Source of the DNA: Dehalococcoidia bacterium
GTDB taxonomy: Bacteria; Chloroflexota; Dehalococcoidia; Plut-88900
Direction: 5' to 3'
Assembly: GCA_965197645.1 (NCBI GenBank)
Contig: OZ240219.1
Coordinates: 1,408,001 to 1,472,000, forward strand
DNA length: 64,000 bases
Positions 60,230-64,000 of the stretch are shown here, one piece after another. Each line of letters starts with the position of its first letter. The first letter of the stretch is position 1. A program made the translations under genes and the position numbers. A model generated the notes under the pieces. It was not told the DNA's origin and did not search any database. It was given only the letters and a program-made list of their open reading frames with translations.

Positions 60230-61405
60230 ATGACTAAGAGCACGGCTGAAGTGGAGACGGGATCTTTCAGGCCGACCCGGGCCGACATAGACCTTCGTAA
60301 CCTGGAGCACAACTACCAGTTTCTCCGGAGCCGAATCGACCGCCGGGTGAAAATGATAGCGGTGGTCAAGGCCGAGGCCTACGGGCATGGCGCAATCGAG
60401 ATCTCCAGGACCCTGGACAAGCTGGGCGCCGATGCCTTCGCCGTGGCCATCACGGAGGAGGGCGTGGCCCTGCGGCAGGCGGGTATCGAAAAGCCGATCA
60501 TCGTGTTCGGCAGCGTGCCGCCCGGCCAGGAGGAGCTGTTCCTCAGAAGTAACCTGACACCGGCTATTCACACCCTGGACTCGTTGGAGCGGCTCTCTCA
60601 GACGGCCACATCCCGGGGACAAGTGGCGTCCTACCACCTCAAGATAGATACAGGAATGGGGCGGATGGGGGTGGACTACCGGCAGCTTAGCTCGTTCCTG
60701 GACCAGGCCCAGGAGATCCCCGCCATAAAGATGGAGGGGGTCTTCACCCACCTGGCTTCGGCTGATGAGGACTCCAGCGATTACTCGGCCCTCCAGTTGG
60801 AGAGGTTCAGGGAATCGGTGGCGGAGTTGGACAAAAGAGGCATCCAGGTGGACATGATTCACGCCGCCAACAGCGCCGGTCTCCTCTTCCACCCCGAGTC
60901 CTGGTTCGATGCCGTCAGACCGGGACTGTCACTCTACGGCATCAACCCCAACAGTCGTAGGGAAAGGTGCGAGCTGGAGCCGGTCCTCTCCTTCAAGACG
61001 GCGATATCATATCTGCGCAAGGTGCCGGTGGGCTCGCCGCTGGGATACGGCGGCACCTTTACTACGCAAAGGGAGAGCCTCATCGCCGGAATACCCGTCG
61101 GGTACGCCGACGGCCTCAACTTCCTGCTGTCCAACAAGGGGAAGGTCATAGTTCGGGACACCTACGCGCCCATTGTCGGCCGGGTCAGCATGGATACGAC
61201 GCTGATAGACGTCACAGGCATCCCGCAGGTGACCCATGGCGACGAGGTGATTCTGATCGGTCAGAGCGAATCGGTTTCGCTGACTGCGGAAGATGTGGCG
61301 GAGCAGGTGGGAACCATCCCCTACGAGATCCTGTGCAACATCAGCAAACGGGTGCCCAGGGTGTGCATCCCATCCGAAGGAGCGGAGGCAACCGCCCGGG
61401 GCTAA
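60230..61405 (+). CDS. alr: Alanine racemase
   Basis: AVVKAEAYGHG, HLKIDTGMGRMG, HAANSA, VRPG..LYG, GYGG, GYADG, GRVSMD, TIPYE. Confidence 0.96.
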   Translation: MTKSTAEVETGSFRPTRADIDLRNLEHNYQFLRSRIDRRVKMIAVVKAEAYGHGAIEISRTLDKLGADAFAVAITEEGVALRQAGIEKPIIVFGSVPPGQEELFLRSNLTPAIHTLDSLERLSQTATSRGQVASYHLKIDTGMGRMGVDYRQLSSFLDQAQEIPAIKMEGVFTHLASADEDSSDYSALQLERFRESVAELDKRGIQVDMIHAANSAGLLFHPESWFDAVRPGLSLYGINPNSRRERCELEPVLSFKTAISYLRKVPVGSPLGYGGTFTTQRESLIAGIPVGYADGLNFLLSNKGKVIVRDTYAPIVGRVSMDTTLIDVTGIPQVTHGDEVILIGQSESVSLTAEDVAEQVGTIPYEILCNISKRVPRVCIPSEGAEATARG

Positions 61406-61506
61406 GCCAGCGTTCCTCCCTCAGCTCTCCGTGCTGTAGGGTCCCCCAGGTCGTTCCACGTCTCGCGTTGGTCGGAGCGGGACCCTACCCCAGCCGGTCT
61501 CGGAAG

Positions 61507-62484
61507 CTACTTGCCGAAGACGTTGACCGGCTTGCCGGCCAGGAAGCTCTCGATGTTGTCCAGGGCCATTCCGACTCCCGCCGCGGTGGTCTCGGGAGTG
61601 TGGGCGGCGACGTGAGAAGACAGGATTACGTTGTCGAGCTTCGTCAGAGGGTGACCAGCAGGCAGGGGCTCAGTGGTGAAGACGTCCAGTCCGGCGCCCC
61701 GGATCCGCTTCCCGGACAGGTGCTGCACGAGGGCCTCTTCGTCAATGAGCGCCCCCCGTCCCGTGTTCACCAGTATCGCATCCCGTCTCATCAGGCCCAG
61801 CTGTTCCCGCCCGATGATGCCCTCGGTCTGGTCAGATAGGGCGATGATGACGGCAATGAAGTCCGAGTCCCGGCACAGGCCGTTCAGCTCGACAAACTCG
61901 ACGCCGTACCGAGCGGCCCTCTCCGCGGACGGGTGGAGGGTCCAGGCTACCACTTTCATGCCCAGCAACCGGCCCAGCTCCATGACCCGTTGGGCTATGG
62001 GCCCGGCGCCCACCACTCCCAGCACCTTACCGTGCAGCTCAGCCAGAGGTTGCTTGGGCCACTGGCCCTCCCGCATCGCCTTGTCGATGTTGACGACGTT
62101 CCTCGCCACGGACATCATCAGAGCCAAGGTGTGCTCGGCCACGCCAACAGAGCCGTAGCCGGGGGTGTAGCACACCGTCACTCCCAGGTCTTCGGCGGCC
62201 TGCAGGTCCACGTTGTTCACTCCCGCGGCCCAGATTGAGAGAATCTTCATCCGGGAGCACGCTTCAAAGAGCTCCCGGCTAAAGAAGGAGCTGGCCAGGA
62301 TATTCACCGCGGCATCGGCGTCCTTGCAACGCTCAATGAGGGATTCGGGGGAGGGAGGCATGTCGTTATGGACCGTCACCTGTTGCGCCAGCTCTCGGGC
62401 CCTGGCCTCCAGAGGAGTGCCGCCCAGGGTGCCCGGTCGGTCATCGGGAACGACGAGAAGATTCAGCTTGTTGTCCGGTGACAT
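61507..62484 (-). CDS. D-isomer-specific 2-hydroxyacid dehydrogenase
   Basis: VAEH, ELHGKVLGVVGAGPI, LVNTGRG, GAGLDVF..EP, SHVA. Confidence 0.9.
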   Translation of the reverse strand: MSPDNKLNLLVVPDDRPGTLGGTPLEARARELAQQVTVHNDMPPSPESLIERCKDADAAVNILASSFFSRELFEACSRMKILSIWAAGVNNVDLQAAEDLGVTVCYTPGYGSVGVAEHTLALMMSVARNVVNIDKAMREGQWPKQPLAELHGKVLGVVGAGPIAQRVMELGRLLGMKVVAWTLHPSAERAARYGVEFVELNGLCRDSDFIAVIIALSDQTEGIIGREQLGLMRRDAILVNTGRGALIDEEALVQHLSGKRIRGAGLDVFTTEPLPAGHPLTKLDNVILSSHVAAHTPETTAAGVGMALDNIESFLAGKPVNVFGK

Positions 62485-62609
62485 GATGCGGCTCCCTCCG
62501 GCTGAACGGGGACGTGGGCTGCCCAGGATTATGGAGAGAGGCGGGTACGCTGTCAACGATGGGACTTCGCTTTATACTTCGCTTAAGCCTGGATATAATG
62601 ACGTTGAAG

Positions 62610-63263
62610 ATGATGGAAGACGTCGACATAGATGTTGTCTCCCTGCCTGAGGAGCATGGAAGTTTCTGGCGAAAACGCTGGAAGGTGGCACTGCCGGTCT
62701 TCGTGACACTGGCGGCGCTGGTGGGTGTGATGGCCTGGGGGATGGTGGACAGGTCTTCGGTGGCCGAGAAGAGTGGAGAGACCCGCATCGGCCGAACGGC
62801 GCCGGACTTCACGCTGACTACCTTTTCGGGCGACAAGGTGACGTTGTCCGAGCTTCGCGGGAGCCCCGTGGTCATCAACTTCTGGGCATCCTGGTGCGGG
62901 CCCTGCAGGATCGAGGCGCCGGTGCTGGACCGGGCCTGGCGGACCTACCGTGAGCAGGGGATCATTTTCCTTGGCGTCAGCGTCGATAGGACCGACGCCG
63001 CGGCTCTGGGCTTCGTCGACGAGTTCCTAGTTCCGTACCAGAACGGCAGGGATGAGTCGGGTCTGACGACCATAGAGTATGGGGTGAGCGGAATTCCGGT
63101 CACCTTCTTCGTCGATAAGAACGGGATAGTCGCACGAAGGTTCGTTGGCGCCATCGACGAGGCACACATGAACATCTGGATCCAGGAACTGCTGGGGAAC
63201 ACCGCACCTTCGGGGGACCTCGAGGGGGAAAACGTGGATGAGTTCTTCGAGTTGGACAGCTAG
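62610..63263 (+). CDS. TlpA/ResA-family membrane-anchored thiol-disulfide oxidoreductase
   Basis: TM segment, APDFTL, NFWASWCGPC, GIP.TFFVD; start approximate. Confidence 0.9.
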   Translation: MMEDVDIDVVSLPEEHGSFWRKRWKVALPVFVTLAALVGVMAWGMVDRSSVAEKSGETRIGRTAPDFTLTTFSGDKVTLSELRGSPVVINFWASWCGPCRIEAPVLDRAWRTYREQGIIFLGVSVDRTDAAALGFVDEFLVPYQNGRDESGLTTIEYGVSGIPVTFFVDKNGIVARRFVGAIDEAHMNIWIQELLGNTAPSGDLEGENVDEFFELDS

Positions 63264-63280
63264 CGGGGAGGACTGACGCT

Positions 63281-64000
63281 ATGACCGCAGCGAGGATGGA
63301 CCTGAAACAATTCGAGGAGGAGGGGTACTACGTAGCCGAAGGGCTTCTGGACCCGGTGGAGGACATCCAGCCGGTGATCGATGAGTACTCGGAGCTGCTT
63401 GACCGCCTGGCCAACAGGTGGCACTCGGAGGAGAAGCTGTCCGCGACATATGAGGGCTTACCCTTCGAACAACGTCTGTCCCGGATAGCTATAGAAACGG
63501 GCGGCGGATATTCCCGACACTTCGATATCTCTCTGCCCCAGGCAAACATTCGAAGCGATACGCCGATGCACCACGGACCCGCGGTGTTTTCCCTGCTTGG
63601 CAACCCGAAGTTGCTGGACGTCGTCGAGCAGTTCATCGGGCCGGAGATATACAGCAACCCGGTACAACACGTGCGCATCAAGCTGCCCGAACGCCTCTTC
63701 TCAGAGGAAGAGCAGCTCGGCAACGAGCTTGTCGCCCGAACGCCGTGGCATCAGGACCAGGGAGTAATACGGGAGGAGGCCGACGACTCTCAGATCCTGA
63801 CCGCCTGGGTCGCCATGAGCGATGCGCCGGTCGAGCGGGGATGTCTCTCGGTGGCGCCCCGCAGCCATCTAGGAGAGCTGCGGAAGCACTGCTACGCTTC
63901 CTCCGTCCAGCCCATGGGAATTCTGGACGAGCAGCTCCCCGAGGACCGTCGTCCGGTGCCGATGAAGGCAGGGGACGTCCTGTTCCTGGACAAGCTGACC
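63281..64000 (+). CDS. Phytanoyl-CoA dioxygenase (PhyH) family Fe/2OG dioxygenase (3'-truncated by window edge)
   Basis: Not in ORF track. Manual translation QFEEEGY...TPWHQD...LTAWVAM..A.VERGCL...SH...KAGDVLF. Confidence 0.88.
   Translation, partial: MTAARMDLKQFEEEGYYVAEGLLDPVEDIQPVIDEYSELLDRLANRWHSEEKLSATYEGLPFEQRLSRIAIETGGGYSRHFDISLPQANIRSDTPMHHGPAVFSLLGNPKLLDVVEQFIGPEIYSNPVQHVRIKLPERLFSEEEQLGNELVARTPWHQDQGVIREEADDSQILTAWVAMSDAPVERGCLSVAPRSHLGELRKHCYASSVQPMGILDEQLPEDRRPVPMKAGDVLFLDKLT

Overview
This is a GC-rich bacterial chromosome window. The 16S sequence style, the unlinked 16S gene and the many catabolic paralogues (LLM oxidoreductases, family III CoA-transferases, SDRs, amidohydrolases, M24 hydrolases, PhyH) suggest Chloroflexota, class Dehalococcoidia (SAR202-like). 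That assignment is an inference and needs a 16S tree. Recognisable core features are a TPP-riboswitch-controlled thiG-thiO-thiS operon, tRNA-Pro(GGG), nfi-prfB with a +1 frameshift, an ino1/acyltransferase/PimA-like/PgsA-like inositol-glycolipid operon, a stand-alone 16S gene, an aapJQMP-type ABC transporter, amt, alr, dnaJ and two HicAB loci. The most unusual items are: an ~80-nt multibranched expansion in 16S helix 6 plus a C526A change in the 530 pseudoknot; a 645-aa helical protein with a C-terminal HEPN-like RNxxxH motif directly behind the 16S; a coupled PaREP1 + GIY-YIG-like gene pair; a 134-bp MITE-like repeat family (6 full or partial copies); a cis-CaaD-like tautomerase with a degenerate partner; a prfB frameshift site lacking the canonical internal SD; and a structured ino1 leader. 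No CRISPR array, integrase or transposase was seen. All protein calls come from motif recognition by eye, not database searches.
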